Counted from the stretch's first letter, positions 22,796 through 32,527 are shown. The stretch: 64,000 nucleotides of DNA from Ignavibacteriota bacterium (GCA_963727825.1 CAVSHO010000009.1:672001-736000), one strand, 5' to 3'. The notes: a model not told the origin generated them from the letters alone. Translations and numbers: made by a program.

Positions 22796-22940
22796 CTGAC
22801 AAAAAATAACATACTTTTTCACCTGCCAGAGGCGAACGTTGCAAGACCTGAATTTGTTGGATACCGATTTCGGTGTGCTTCGTCAGCCTCTGGCTTTTCT
22901 CAGCCTACAATAATAAGGCTAAGTGTAAGCGCGAGGCTAA
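22796..22940 (-). promoter_or_regulatory. Putative ribosome-dependent attenuator (competing helices) upstream of ilvD
   Basis: mRNA helices: GCCAGAGGC(22886-94)/GCCUCUGGC(22825-33); UUAGCCUC(22933-40)/GAGGCUGA(22883-90); CUUAGCCU(22916-23)/AGGCUGAG(22899-906); CUGACGAAG(22878-86)/UUUUGUCAG(22796-804). Confidence 0.65.
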
Positions 22941-23055
22941 GAATAAGAGTCAGTGGTACAATTACGACGCTAGTTGACAGAACAACCGTAGACACGACGC
23001 TTGCAGAAGCGGTGTTGCCTGTTAAAACGGGGGCGATATGGTTTTTCTGTTCCAC
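22900..23055 (-). CDS. Putative ilv leader peptide, 51 aa, Val/Leu/Ile-rich
   Basis: GTG...TGA gives MEQKNHIAPVLTGNTASASVVSTVVLSTSVVIVPLTLILSLALTLSLIIVG (9 V, 9 L, 5 I). Lies between a sigma70-like promoter and ilvD. No clear SD. Confidence 0.8.
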   Translation of the reverse strand: MEQKNHIAPVLTGNTASASVVSTVVLSTSVVIVPLTLILSLALTLSLIIVG

Positions 23056-23082
23056 TGTATTTGAGTAAATAAATTCTACTAT

Positions 23083-23111
23083 ACCATACGAAATTCTTTT
23101 CAGTTTGTCAA
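23083..23111 (-). promoter_or_regulatory. Sigma70-like promoter for the leader and the ilv/leu cluster
   Basis: TTGACA-17 nt-TATGGT on the minus strand. Confidence 0.65.
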
Positions 23112-23169
23112 GAGTTGGGTTGAAAAATTTTAATCTAAGTCTGAAGTTTACTGGAATTAAAGAGGCAAA

Positions 23170-23188
23170 TGAGCTTTTTCCAAGCTCA
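23170..23188 (-). terminator. Hairpin downstream of the DksA-like gene, possible terminator
   Basis: TGAGCTT/AAGCTCA 7-bp stem followed by a weak U-rich tail (UUUGCCUCUUU). Confidence 0.35.
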
Positions 23189-23244
23189 GTGTGTGAAGGA
23201 GAAACGGGCTCCAGAAAGTATTTTTAATTACTAAGCAATAGCGG

Positions 23245-23625
23245 CTACACAATGCTTTTCTTTAACTTCTTTTTTTTACCCTTCTTGATGCATTGTGTGC
23301 AAAGTTCCGCAGTTGGATGCTTCTTGAAATGTGCTATCGAAATTCGTTTGCCGCAGGAGATACACACACCCAAACGGTTGATAGAAGAATTTCTCAGCGC
23401 ATCCTTAAGCTCTTTTTCTTCGGTTCCGTAAAGCAGCATTCGTTCGCACATAGCCGAAGGATTTGATTTGCAAGGTTGAATCGGTTGATCACAGAACGGA
23501 CAGATAAGATCTTTTCCATCTTTGAGTGAACTCACCCAAGAGAATTTTGACATTTTTTCCAAATTTCTATTGAGTGCTTTTACTAATATTTTTTTTCTCA
23601 TCTGACTATCTACTGTTTTTTTCAT
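23245..23625 (-). CDS. DksA/TraR-type C4 zinc-finger protein with a second four-Cys cluster
   Basis: ELKDALR...LGV-C-x2-C-x17-C-x2-C at the C-terminus; extra C-x2-C-x6-C-x7-C; no DxxDxA. Confidence 0.7.
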   Translation of the reverse strand: MKKTVDSQMRKKILVKALNRNLEKMSKFSWVSSLKDGKDLICPFCDQPIQPCKSNPSAMCERMLLYGTEEKELKDALRNSSINRLGVCISCGKRISIAHFKKHPTAELCTQCIKKGKKKKLKKSIV

Positions 23626-23670
23626 ACTGATTCTCTTTACCTAAGAACACAGGGAAAGAGTAATCAGTTC

Positions 23671-24669
23671 CTAAACGAGAAGTTTATAGCGGTTGAGCGC
23701 TTTCATATAATTTGCACGCTCGTAAGCAGAGGGTTCAGCAATAGATTTGTGGCTAAGACTTCCCTTCATCTGTTCGATGGATTCGTATTCATGTTCCTTC
23801 ATCCAACGCTCTACATCTTTTAATACTTTGCCGATATGCTCCTTGCCATGCATCAGCAATGCAGAACACATCATTGTTACATCTGCCCCTACCATCGTAA
23901 GCTTGAGCACATCTTCCGCAGTGTGAATCCCGCTTGTTGCCGCTAAACTTGCTTTCAATTTTCCATAGAGAATTCCAATCCAGCGCATTGACAAACGATT
24001 CGCGTACGAATCGCTTAACCCAACATCCGGCTTCACGTTTAATTCTTCGAGGTCAATATCGGGTTGATAGAAACGATTGAAGAGTACTAAACCATCCGCA
24101 CCTTCGCGCACAAGACTCTGTGCTATATTAGGAATAGAACTAAAGAACGGGCTCAATTTGATCGAGATAGGAATTTTTACTTTGCTGCGCAATTTCTTTA
24201 CCATGTCTGTGTACCGGTTTTCAACTTCTACACCAGACAATGTTCCCTCGGTTGGAATATAATAGATATTTAATTCCAACGCCGATGCATCCGCTTCTAC
24301 CATTTTCTTCGCATAATCTATCCAACCGCCTGGTGTGACACCATTGAGACTGGCTATGATAGGAATATTTAACTTATTTGATGCTTTTGCTACCAACTCC
24401 AAATATTCTTCTGGACCTAAATGATAATCGCCTGTATCAGGGAAATAGGAAAGCGCTTCCGCAAAACTTTCCGTACCATAGGTTTTATAATGATCTAATT
24501 CATCGGCTTCGTGCGTGATCTGTTCTTCAAACAGGGAGTGCATAACAATTGCCGACGCCCCCGCATCTTCAAGCCGTTGCATGGATTCCATCGAGCGCGA
24601 CAGTGGACTTGCCGAAACGACAAGAGGATTTTTTAATTTCATTCCAAGATAAGTTGTTGAAAGATCCAT
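23671..24669 (-). CDS. Dihydroorotate dehydrogenase-like FMN protein (PFOR-associated type)
   Basis: DLSTTYLGMKLKNPLV.SASPL, SLFEEQI, ELNIY, KLSPFF, LFNRFYQPD. Confidence 0.85.
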   Translation of the reverse strand: MDLSTTYLGMKLKNPLVVSASPLSRSMESMQRLEDAGASAIVMHSLFEEQITHEADELDHYKTYGTESFAEALSYFPDTGDYHLGPEEYLELVAKASNKLNIPIIASLNGVTPGGWIDYAKKMVEADASALELNIYYIPTEGTLSGVEVENRYTDMVKKLRSKVKIPISIKLSPFFSSIPNIAQSLVREGADGLVLFNRFYQPDIDLEELNVKPDVGLSDSYANRLSMRWIGILYGKLKASLAATSGIHTAEDVLKLTMVGADVTMMCSALLMHGKEHIGKVLKDVERWMKEHEYESIEQMKGSLSHKSIAEPSAYERANYMKALNRYKLLV

Positions 24670-24727
24670 TGCATTTTACTCCTCATAATAATGAGACGAA
24701 GAAAAAACATCTACAAGAAAGATTCGG

Positions 24728-24756
24728 ATGCCACTCTGCAAAGTGCAAAGTGGCAT
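24728..24756. other. Intergenic stem-loop between nifJ and the DHODH-like gene
   Basis: ATGCCACT/AGTGGCAT 8-bp arms with an inner TGCA/TGCA pairing. Confidence 0.45.
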
Positions 24757-24790
24757 GAATATTAATGATTTTTTTACAGAGCATTCCTTG

Positions 24791-27700
24791 CTAATTTGTT
24801 GCTGGGGTTTTTTCGTTACTACCCTCATGCGCAAACTGTTCGTAGATTGCCCAGCGGATCCTAACATCTTCTTCCGCCAGCTTCAGCAATTCTTTTGCGC
24901 GTTCCGGATCGCTTTTTGTCAACACATTAAAGCGTGTTTCCATAGAAGTAAAGTCAGAAAGCGCACTCTTTGGTGCTTTCGAATCAAGTTTAAATGGATT
25001 TTTGCCTTCTTTTATTAATTCTGGATTATATCGGAAGAGCGGGAAGTAACCTGTTTCGACTGCAACTTTTTGATCTATCATGCCGCGCGCCATATCGATA
25101 CCATGCGCTATGCAATGCGAATATGCGATAATGATAGATGGACCGTCGTATGCTTCTGCTTCTATGAATGCACGCACTGTCTGTGCATCATTTGCGCCCA
25201 TAGCTACGCGCGCCACATAGACGTTGTTGTACATCATCGCCATTAAACTGAGATCTTTCTTTGCTGTCGATTTACCAGCAGCTGCAAATTTTGCAACAGC
25301 AGCACGATTTGTCGACTTCGACATTTGACCGCCGGTATTCGAATATACTTCCGTATCGAGCACAAGCACATTTACATTTCTACCTGATGCGAGAACGTGA
25401 TCCAACCCGCCATAACCGATGTCGTATGCCCAGCCGTCGCCGCCCATTATCCAGATGCTTCGTTTTGCAAGGTTATCGGCAATAGTCAGTAGTCGCTTGG
25501 CTTCCGGTTTATTGATACCGACTAATTTATCTTTCAGAATCTTGACGCGTTCTCGTTGTTCATAGATTTCAGCTTCATTCTTTTGCACAGCTTCAATGAG
25601 TGCTGTGGCAAGATCAACACCGATATCGGTTGAAAGTTTTACAACGTACTCTTTTGCCATCTCGTTTAACTTGTCAGATGTTAAACGCATGCCGAGGCCG
25701 AATTCCGCATTGTCTTCAAATAATGAGTTTGACCACGCCGGCCCGCGTCCATCAATGTTCTGTGCCCACGGAGTCGTCGGCAAGTTGCCGCCAAAAATAG
25801 ATGTACAACCGGTGGCATTCGCAACTATCATGCGATCGCCAAACAATTGACTGGCTAATTTGATATATGGCGTCTCTCCGCAGCCAGAACATGCACCGCT
25901 GAACTCGAATAATGGACGGAGAAATTGTGATCCCTTTACTGTATCAACTTTCACATTGCGGCGGTCGACTTCAGGCAGACTGAGGAAGAATTCAAAGTTC
26001 GCTTTTTCTTGATCACGAATTGGTGGCTGGGGCTTCATATTGATTGCCTTTACCTTTGCTTCCTTCTTGCTCTTCGCCGGACAAAATTCTACACAGAGGT
26101 TGCATCCCGTGCAATCTTCCGGCGCTACTTGAACGGAGTATTTCATACCTTTGTACTCAGGTCCTTTGTAATCCATCGATTTGAAGTTTGCGGGGGCTGA
26201 TGCAAGCTTCGCTGGATCAAATACCTTTGTACGAATCGCCGCATGCGGGCATACAATTGCGCACTTGTTGCATTGGATACAAATATCCATTTCCCATACT
26301 GGTATTTCGAGCGCAATATTTCGCTTTTCCCATTGTGCAGAAGCTGTCGGGAATGTGCCGTCATTCGGCATTGCAGATACGGGAAGCTGGTCGCCATTAC
26401 CAGCGATAATTTTTGCCAGAACATTCTTGACAAAATCAGGCGCTTTATCAGAAACCGCTGGCGGCATCTCGATAGTGCTCGTCACGCTGGAAGGAATTTT
26501 TACCTCGTGGAGATTTGCGAGTGTCTGATCAACAGCTTGATAATTTTTCTCGACAACTGCTTCACCTTTTCTGCCGTATGTCTTTTGAATAGAATACTTA
26601 ATTGCTTTTATCGCCTCTTCTTTCGGCAAGACACCGGAGATGGCAAAGAAACAGGTTTGCATAATCGTATTTACGCGGCTACCCATGCCGGTTTTCTTCG
26701 CAACATCATATGCATCGATGACAAATAGTTTCATTTTTTTGTCAATGAGCTGTTTTTGAATATGGCGCGGCAGTTGATTCCAAACTTCATCTTTGCCGTA
26801 GATGCTGTTCAGCAAAAATGTGCTGCCGGGAATTGCCGCTTGCAGCACGTCGAACTTCTCGAGGAAAAACCATTGATGGCATGCGACAAAACTTGCGTGG
26901 TCGATGAGATAAATAGAATGAATCGGGCGCGGGCCAAAACGCAAATGCGATGTTGTGGTAGAACCGGACTTCTTTGAGTCGTACACAAAGTACCCTTGTG
27001 CGTAGTTTTCGGTATCCTCACCGATGATTTTAATAGAGTTCTTATTGGCACCAACTGTACCATCGGCACCTAGGCCATAGAAGATAGCTCGAACAACATC
27101 GTCTTTTTCAACGCTGAAGTTCGGATCACATTCCAAACTTGTGTGCGAGACATCATCAGTGATACCGACAGTAAAGTGGTTCTTAGGTTGCGGCTTTTTC
27201 ATCTCGTCGAAAACTGCTTTCACCATTGTCGGTGTAAATTCTTTTGAGGACAATCCATATCGTCCGCCGATGACGCGCGGCATGGATTTGAAAGGTGCCT
27301 TACCTGCGGACAGAGATTCATTCAATGCCGTGATGACATCAAGATACAGCGGCTCACCGACAGCGCCGGATTCTTTCGTGCGATCCAGAACTGCAATATT
27401 TTTAACCGATGCAGGCAGCGCCTTCACAAAATGTTCAATGGAGAATGGGCGAAATAAACGAACCTTAAGCAAACCGATCTTCTCGCCTTTTTCCATCAAA
27501 TATTCAACTGTTTCCTGTGCAGTCTCTGCGCCAGAGCCCATCATAATAATAACACGTTCGGCATCCGGTGCACCAACGTATTGGAACAATTTATATTCAC
27601 GTCCGACAAGTTTTGCAAATTTGTCCATCGCTTTTTGCACAATACCCGGCACTGCATTGGTGAACAGATTTGCAGCTTCGCGTGCCTGGAAAAATACATC

Positions 27701-28381
27701 GGGATTTTGCGCAGAGCCGCGAAGAACCGGATGATCCGGAGAAAGTGCGCGCGCGCGGTGTTTCTGAATTAACTCGTCATCGATCATAGCGCGAATATCG
27801 GCATCGCTCAATTGTTCTATTTTCATAACTTCATGAGATGTGCGGAAACCATCGAAGAAGTGGATGAACGGTATGCGCGATTCAAATGTTGACGCATAGG
27901 CAATAAGCGCAAGATCCATTGTCTCCTGCACCGAGTTTGAAGCAATCATTCCCCAACCGCATTGACGCGTTGCCATAACATCGCTGTGATCGCCAAAGAT
28001 TGAAAGTGCATGTGTTGCCAATGTGCGCGCAGCAATATGAAATACTGTTGAAGTCAATTCACCTGCAATTTTAAACATATTGGGAATCATCAACAGCAAT
28101 CCTTGCGAAGCTGTAAATGTGCAGGAAAGCGCTCCGGTTTGCAAAGCGCCATGCACAGCTCCGGCGGCGCCGCCTTCACTTTGCATTTCCACAACTTGCG
28201 GAACCGTGCCCCAAATATTTTTCCGTCCTTGTGCTGACCATTCATCTGCCCACTCGCCCATATTGGACGAAGGTGTAATGGGATAAATTGCAATGACCTC
28301 ATTCAGCTTATGAGCTACATAAGCAGCTGCTTCATTACCGTCAATAGTAACTTTTACTCGTCCATTCTTTGCGTCTGACAT
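24791..28381 (-). CDS. nifJ: Pyruvate:ferredoxin (flavodoxin) oxidoreductase
   Basis: IYPITPSS, MQSEGGAAG, CIQCNKCAIVCP, CTGCNLCVEFCP, GACSGCGE, GGDGWAYDIG. Confidence 0.97.
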   Translation of the reverse strand: MSDAKNGRVKVTIDGNEAAAYVAHKLNEVIAIYPITPSSNMGEWADEWSAQGRKNIWGTVPQVVEMQSEGGAAGAVHGALQTGALSCTFTASQGLLLMIPNMFKIAGELTSTVFHIAARTLATHALSIFGDHSDVMATRQCGWGMIASNSVQETMDLALIAYASTFESRIPFIHFFDGFRTSHEVMKIEQLSDADIRAMIDDELIQKHRARALSPDHPVLRGSAQNPDVFFQAREAANLFTNAVPGIVQKAMDKFAKLVGREYKLFQYVGAPDAERVIIMMGSGAETAQETVEYLMEKGEKIGLLKVRLFRPFSIEHFVKALPASVKNIAVLDRTKESGAVGEPLYLDVITALNESLSAGKAPFKSMPRVIGGRYGLSSKEFTPTMVKAVFDEMKKPQPKNHFTVGITDDVSHTSLECDPNFSVEKDDVVRAIFYGLGADGTVGANKNSIKIIGEDTENYAQGYFVYDSKKSGSTTTSHLRFGPRPIHSIYLIDHASFVACHQWFFLEKFDVLQAAIPGSTFLLNSIYGKDEVWNQLPRHIQKQLIDKKMKLFVIDAYDVAKKTGMGSRVNTIMQTCFFAISGVLPKEEAIKAIKYSIQKTYGRKGEAVVEKNYQAVDQTLANLHEVKIPSSVTSTIEMPPAVSDKAPDFVKNVLAKIIAGNGDQLPVSAMPNDGTFPTASAQWEKRNIALEIPVWEMDICIQCNKCAIVCPHAAIRTKVFDPAKLASAPANFKSMDYKGPEYKGMKYSVQVAPEDCTGCNLCVEFCPAKSKKEAKVKAINMKPQPPIRDQEKANFEFFLSLPEVDRRNVKVDTVKGSQFLRPLFEFSGACSGCGETPYIKLASQLFGDRMIVANATGCTSIFGGNLPTTPWAQNIDGRGPAWSNSLFEDNAEFGLGMRLTSDKLNEMAKEYVVKLSTDIGVDLATALIEAVQKNEAEIYEQRERVKILKDKLVGINKPEAKRLLTIADNLAKRSIWIMGGDGWAYDIGYGGLDHVLASGRNVNVLVLDTEVYSNTGGQMSKSTNRAAVAKFAAAGKSTAKKDLSLMAMMYNNVYVARVAMGANDAQTVRAFIEAEAYDGPSIIIAYSHCIAHGIDMARGMIDQKVAVETGYFPLFRYNPELIKEGKNPFKLDSKAPKSALSDFTSMETRFNVLTKSDPERAKELLKLAEEDVRIRWAIYEQFAHEGSNEKTPATN

Positions 28382-28435
28382 TGTATTTCTCTCTTCTCTA
28401 TATTATAGTTGATAAAAACATAGTCTATGTACTCA

Positions 28436-28451
28436 GGCAAGAATTGTTCCG
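28436..28451 (-). promoter_or_regulatory. Possible sigma54 (-24/-12) promoter of nifJ
   Basis: CGGAACAATTCTTGCC = GG-N10-GC with TTGC, about 55 nt upstream of the ATG; palindrome TCGCAG-TT-CTGCGA at 28513-28526 further upstream. Confidence 0.4.
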
Positions 28452-28715
28452 TCCTGCCAAGCCGTATTTGTATTGAAATTTCGCAAAATATGTCCACAAC
28501 TACAAATAGAATTCGCAGTTCTGCGAGATGGCAGCTTCAGGTTTGCAGAATTGGAAGAAAGGTTGTTTAAACTTTAAACCTAATATTAAACATAAATTAG
28601 AGGCGTTTCTTGAAGTATTCCACGATTCTTCGTTTCTGATGTCCTGGTTTGAAAGACGTCCTTCATTTAGATGAAATTGGAATTATGGATAGATGACGTC
28701 CACATACTCCCGTTA

Positions 28716-30338
28716 TTATTTTCCCCATTGTCCGATACTCGGAACAATGTCTATATCGGTTTTGAATTCTGATGTAAGATGAAACTCGATATCCGGAAAC
28801 ATCTCTCGTGCGGTATTGTAAGACCAGATTCCTTCAGCAAGAAAGACAGGATGATCATCTCTATCGTAAGCAATATGATAGTTCTGAAGGTCATGAAAGC
28901 GTTCAAGCTGTTCTTGGTTTGAAGATGTGAACCAAAATGCTTTATAGATATTCATCGATTGCATATCGCAATCCGCTCCATACTCGTGCAGCAATCTGAA
29001 TTTTATTACTTCAAATTGCATTTCGCCCACAGTACCAATGATTTTGACATTACCCTGCTGACGAACAAAAAGTTGCGCAACACCTTCATCAGTAAGCTGA
29101 TGAATGCCTTTGTCCATCTGTTTTGCTTTGAATGGATTTTTATTGACAAGCTGCCGGAAAACTTCCGGTGAAAATCTTGGAATACCTTTAAAAACAAGCT
29201 GCTCACCTTCTGTCAACGTATCACCGATCTTGAAAATACCTGTATCATACAATCCAACTACGTCGCCGGGCCACGCTTCATCGATAATACTTTTTTCATT
29301 TGCCATAAAACTTGTCGGTGTAGCAAAACGCACTTCTTTTTCCAACCGTGTATGAAGATAATATTTATTACGCTCAAACTTACCGGAACAAACCCGGCAA
29401 AAGGCAATACGATCCCGATGATGGGGATCGAGGTTGGCGTGAATTTTAAAAATAAATCCGCTGAAGGTTCCTTCCGTTGGCTCGATTTTCCTAATGTTCG
29501 TATCCCTTGGCTGCGGAGAAGGCGCAATTGCTACAAATGTATCCAGTAATTCTTTTACTCCAAAATTATTAATAGCGCTCCCGAAAAAAACAGGCGCAAG
29601 ATACGCATCGCGGTAATGTTGTTCATCGAACGGCTCAAACACCCCTTCAATTATTCCAACTTCCTCGCGAAGCTTCGCGGCAGAATCTGCTCCTATACTT
29701 TCATCAAGAAGCAGACTGTTAAGGTCGTCAATGGCAAATATATCATCCGAGATGCGTGTTTTGTTGGGAGAGAACAGCTTTAATTGTTTTTCGAACAAAC
29801 TATACACGCCTTGAAAACGGTTACCCATTCCGATAGGCCATGTGAGCGGCCTTGTATGAATGCCAAGTTCCCGTTCCAGTTCATCCAAAAGAGCAAACGG
29901 ATTGCGTCCTTCTCTATCTAATTTATTAATGAATACTATCACGGGTGTGCTTCGCATCCGGCAAACGTTCATGAGCTTTCGCGTTTGTTCTTCTACACCT
30001 TTTGCACAATCAATAACGAGGATAACACTGTCCACGGCAGTGAGTGTTCTATATGTATCTTCGGCAAAATCTTTATGACCCGGCGTATCTAAAATGTTGA
30101 CTTTATATCCGCTATATTCGAAACCCATCACAGAGGTTGCAACAGAAATACCGCGCTGCTTTTCAATTTCCATGAAGTCAGAAGTTGCGGTCTTCGTGAT
30201 CTTGTTGCTTTTTACTGCGCCAGCAGTGTGAATCGCCCCGCCGAATAAAAGTAATTTTTCTGTAAGCGTAGTTTTCCCCGCATCGGGGTGACTAATAATG
30301 GCAAATGTTCGGCGTCGTGTGAGTTCGTTTAGTTTCAT
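28716..30338 (-). CDS. prfC: Peptide chain release factor 3
   Basis: [37 protein letters not shown]. Confidence 0.97.
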   Translation of the reverse strand: MKLNELTRRRTFAIISHPDAGKTTLTEKLLLFGGAIHTAGAVKSNKITKTATSDFMEIEKQRGISVATSVMGFEYSGYKVNILDTPGHKDFAEDTYRTLTAVDSVILVIDCAKGVEEQTRKLMNVCRMRSTPVIVFINKLDREGRNPFALLDELERELGIHTRPLTWPIGMGNRFQGVYSLFEKQLKLFSPNKTRISDDIFAIDDLNSLLLDESIGADSAAKLREEVGIIEGVFEPFDEQHYRDAYLAPVFFGSAINNFGVKELLDTFVAIAPSPQPRDTNIRKIEPTEGTFSGFIFKIHANLDPHHRDRIAFCRVCSGKFERNKYYLHTRLEKEVRFATPTSFMANEKSIIDEAWPGDVVGLYDTGIFKIGDTLTEGEQLVFKGIPRFSPEVFRQLVNKNPFKAKQMDKGIHQLTDEGVAQLFVRQQGNVKIIGTVGEMQFEVIKFRLLHEYGADCDMQSMNIYKAFWFTSSNQEQLERFHDLQNYHIAYDRDDHPVFLAEGIWSYNTAREMFPDIEFHLTSEFKTDIDIVPSIGQWGK

Positions 30339-30492
30339 TTATGATTATTCTAAAATAAGAATCTTGGTTTGTCTACGTATAGAAAGCGAGGCAAGTATAA
30401 CGCCTCGTGGATAGAGAGGGGAAGCTACGGTGGAGTAAGCTTAATATAGATTGAAAACATAATCATTCTTTTGTAATATATGAAAAATTCAG

Positions 30493-30513
30493 GAAAGAGC
30501 CAATAGGTCTTTC
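30493..30513 (-). terminator. Possible terminator of the ars operon
   Basis: Minus strand GAAAGACC-TATT-GG(C)TCTTTC followed by CTGAATTTTT. Confidence 0.35.
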
Positions 30514-30532
30514 GTCTCCATCTTTCATCATT

Positions 30533-30979
30533 TCAATCTTTCATCAGCATTGTTTCTGCCAATTCAGCTGCATCATGAACATACTTAGCGCATTTTAAGT
30601 CTCGAAAATTATTTTCTTTAAAAAATTGCTGGCCTTCTGGAGTTTGGAGATTGCAACCGAGAAGTTCCTTACAGGAGATGCTCCCGTGCTTGTCAATGAA
30701 CTGATCGGAGATTTCTCTCACGAGCTTATATGTCAAATCATTTGCAGCATTGTCTTCTCTTATTGTCTTGCCATATTTGCAGCCGATGAGAAAAATTGCC
30801 CCTGAAACTGCACCGCATACTTCTTGGCGGCGTCCCATTCCAGCACCAAATCCACATGAGACTTTAAGTGCAGTAGTTCGATCAATGCCAAATTCTTCTG
30901 CATAAGTTGAGAATACTGCTTGAGCACAATTAAATCCATTAATAAAAGTTTCTGCCGCCTGATCTGGTTTCGTGTTCAT
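30533..30979 (-). CDS. C-GCAxxG-C-C family putative redox protein
   Basis: GFNCAQAV, GFGAGMG, CGAVSGA, SCKELLG, KCAKYV. Confidence 0.85.
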   Translation of the reverse strand: MNTKPDQAAETFINGFNCAQAVFSTYAEEFGIDRTTALKVSCGFGAGMGRRQEVCGAVSGAIFLIGCKYGKTIREDNAANDLTYKLVREISDQFIDKHGSISCKELLGCNLQTPEGQQFFKENNFRDLKCAKYVHDAAELAETMLMKD

Positions 30980-31006
30980 TGATATATCCTTTAATGTGTT
31001 CGGGAA

Positions 31007-32074
31007 TTATGAAGGAATAAAAATCCCTCTTCCATCTTCAAAATACTTTTTTCTGAACCACAATGCAACATTTACTAAAGAAATTAGTACTGGAACTTCA
31101 ACCAATGGACCTATAACGGCTGCAAATGCAACGCCAGAGTTGATACCGAAAACTGCGATTGAGACCGCTATCGCTAATTCAAAGTTATTGCTTGCGGCAG
31201 TAAAGGAAAGCGTTGCGGACTTTGCATAATCGGCTCCAGACTTTTTTGCGAGATAAAACGAAATCAAAAACATTATTACAAAATACACAACGAGTGGAAT
31301 AGCTATTCGAATAACATCAAGCGGAATCTTTACAATGTATTCACCTTTCAGTGAAAACATAACCACGATTGTAAATAAAAGTGCAATTAATGTTATCGGT
31401 GATATCTTAGGAATAAATTTCTGCTCATACCATTGTTTGTTCTTCAGTCTGAGTAATGTGAACCTTGTGATGATGCCAGCAATGAAGGGGATGCCAAGAT
31501 AGATAAAAACGCTTTTTGCTATTTGTCCTATCGTGATATCAACTGCGAAGGTTTTCAAACCAAGCCAAGCAGGGAACATGGTGAGAAACACATAAGCATA
31601 TACTGAAAAGAATAACACTTGGAAGATTGAGTTGAAAGCAACAAGTCCTGCGGCATATTCAGTGTCTCCTTTCGCTAGTTCGTTCCATACAATTACCATT
31701 GCAATACATCGAGCTAGGCCGATTATGATGAGGCCAGCCATATACTCCGGATATCCTCGAAGAAAGATGACCGCAAGTATGAACATCAATACCGGTCCAA
31801 CAAGCCAATTCTGGATGAGCGAAAGTGTCAGCAAGCGTGCATTCTTGAACACATCGCCAAGTTCTTCATACTTCACCTTGGCGAGCGGTGGATACATCAT
31901 CAGAATTAGTCCGATGGCAATAGGGATGTTGGTTGTTCCAGACTGAAAGGAATTCCAAAAACTCACAATGCCGGGGAAGAAATATCCGGAAAGAACGCCT
32001 AGCAGCATCGCAAGGAATATCCAGAGTGTCAGATAGCGGTCAAGAAATGAAAGTCGCTTTATTACATTTTGCAT
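31007..32074 (-). CDS. acr3: ACR3-family arsenite efflux transporter
   Basis: [48 protein letters not shown]. Confidence 0.96.
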   Translation of the reverse strand: MQNVIKRLSFLDRYLTLWIFLAMLLGVLSGYFFPGIVSFWNSFQSGTTNIPIAIGLILMMYPPLAKVKYEELGDVFKNARLLTLSLIQNWLVGPVLMFILAVIFLRGYPEYMAGLIIIGLARCIAMVIVWNELAKGDTEYAAGLVAFNSIFQVLFFSVYAYVFLTMFPAWLGLKTFAVDITIGQIAKSVFIYLGIPFIAGIITRFTLLRLKNKQWYEQKFIPKISPITLIALLFTIVVMFSLKGEYIVKIPLDVIRIAIPLVVYFVIMFLISFYLAKKSGADYAKSATLSFTAASNNFELAIAVSIAVFGINSGVAFAAVIGPLVEVPVLISLVNVALWFRKKYFEDGRGIFIPS

Positions 32075-32083
32075 GTCAAGACC

Positions 32084-32527
32084 TTAATTTAGTCTCGATG
32101 ATTTTGGTTCTGTAAGCCATTTATCGATTTGAGCTTTTATCTGATTTCGGATATCAATTGTTTTATGGAGTTTTTCATCAAATGTTCCTTGCAAAGTCGA
32201 AGGATCAGGAAAGCTCCAGTGAAGCTTCTTTGCAATACCCGGGAAAAGTGGGCATCGTTCGCCGCTTGCCTCATCGCAGACCGTGATAACGTAATTGAAA
32301 CGCCGACCCTGCTTGTAGAGGTCAAACACATCTTGAGTCCCCTTTTGCGAAATATCAATCCCCATATCCTTCATAGCTTCGACCGCAAGAGGATTGAGTT
32401 TACCTGGTTCAAGCCCTGCGCTTTCAGCAATGAACCGATCTCCTGCAAGATGGTTCAGAAGCGCTTCTGCCATTTGGCTTCTCGCACTATTATGGACGCA
32501 AACGAATAAAACTTTTTCTTTCTCCAT
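32084..32527 (-). CDS. arsC: Arsenate reductase (LMW-PTP / thioredoxin type)
   Basis: [13 protein letters not shown]-loop, [16 protein letters not shown]. Confidence 0.9.
   Translation of the reverse strand: MEKEKVLFVCVHNSARSQMAEALLNHLAGDRFIAESAGLEPGKLNPLAVEAMKDMGIDISQKGTQDVFDLYKQGRRFNYVITVCDEASGERCPLFPGIAKKLHWSFPDPSTLQGTFDEKLHKTIDIRNQIKAQIDKWLTEPKSSRLN

Noticed and set aside
24676-24867. 63-aa ORF overlapping the nifJ 3' end
   Set aside because: Out-of-frame overlap crossing an intergenic hairpin; no motif.
28480-28499. Rex-like half sites upstream of nifJ
   Set aside because: Spacing and symmetry do not fit the 18-bp TTGTGAA-N4-TTCACAA consensus.
30451-30479. TTGAAA-17-TAATAT plus-strand promoter-like match pointing antisense into the ars operon
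   Set aside because: AT-rich context makes chance matches likely and no plus-strand gene follows.
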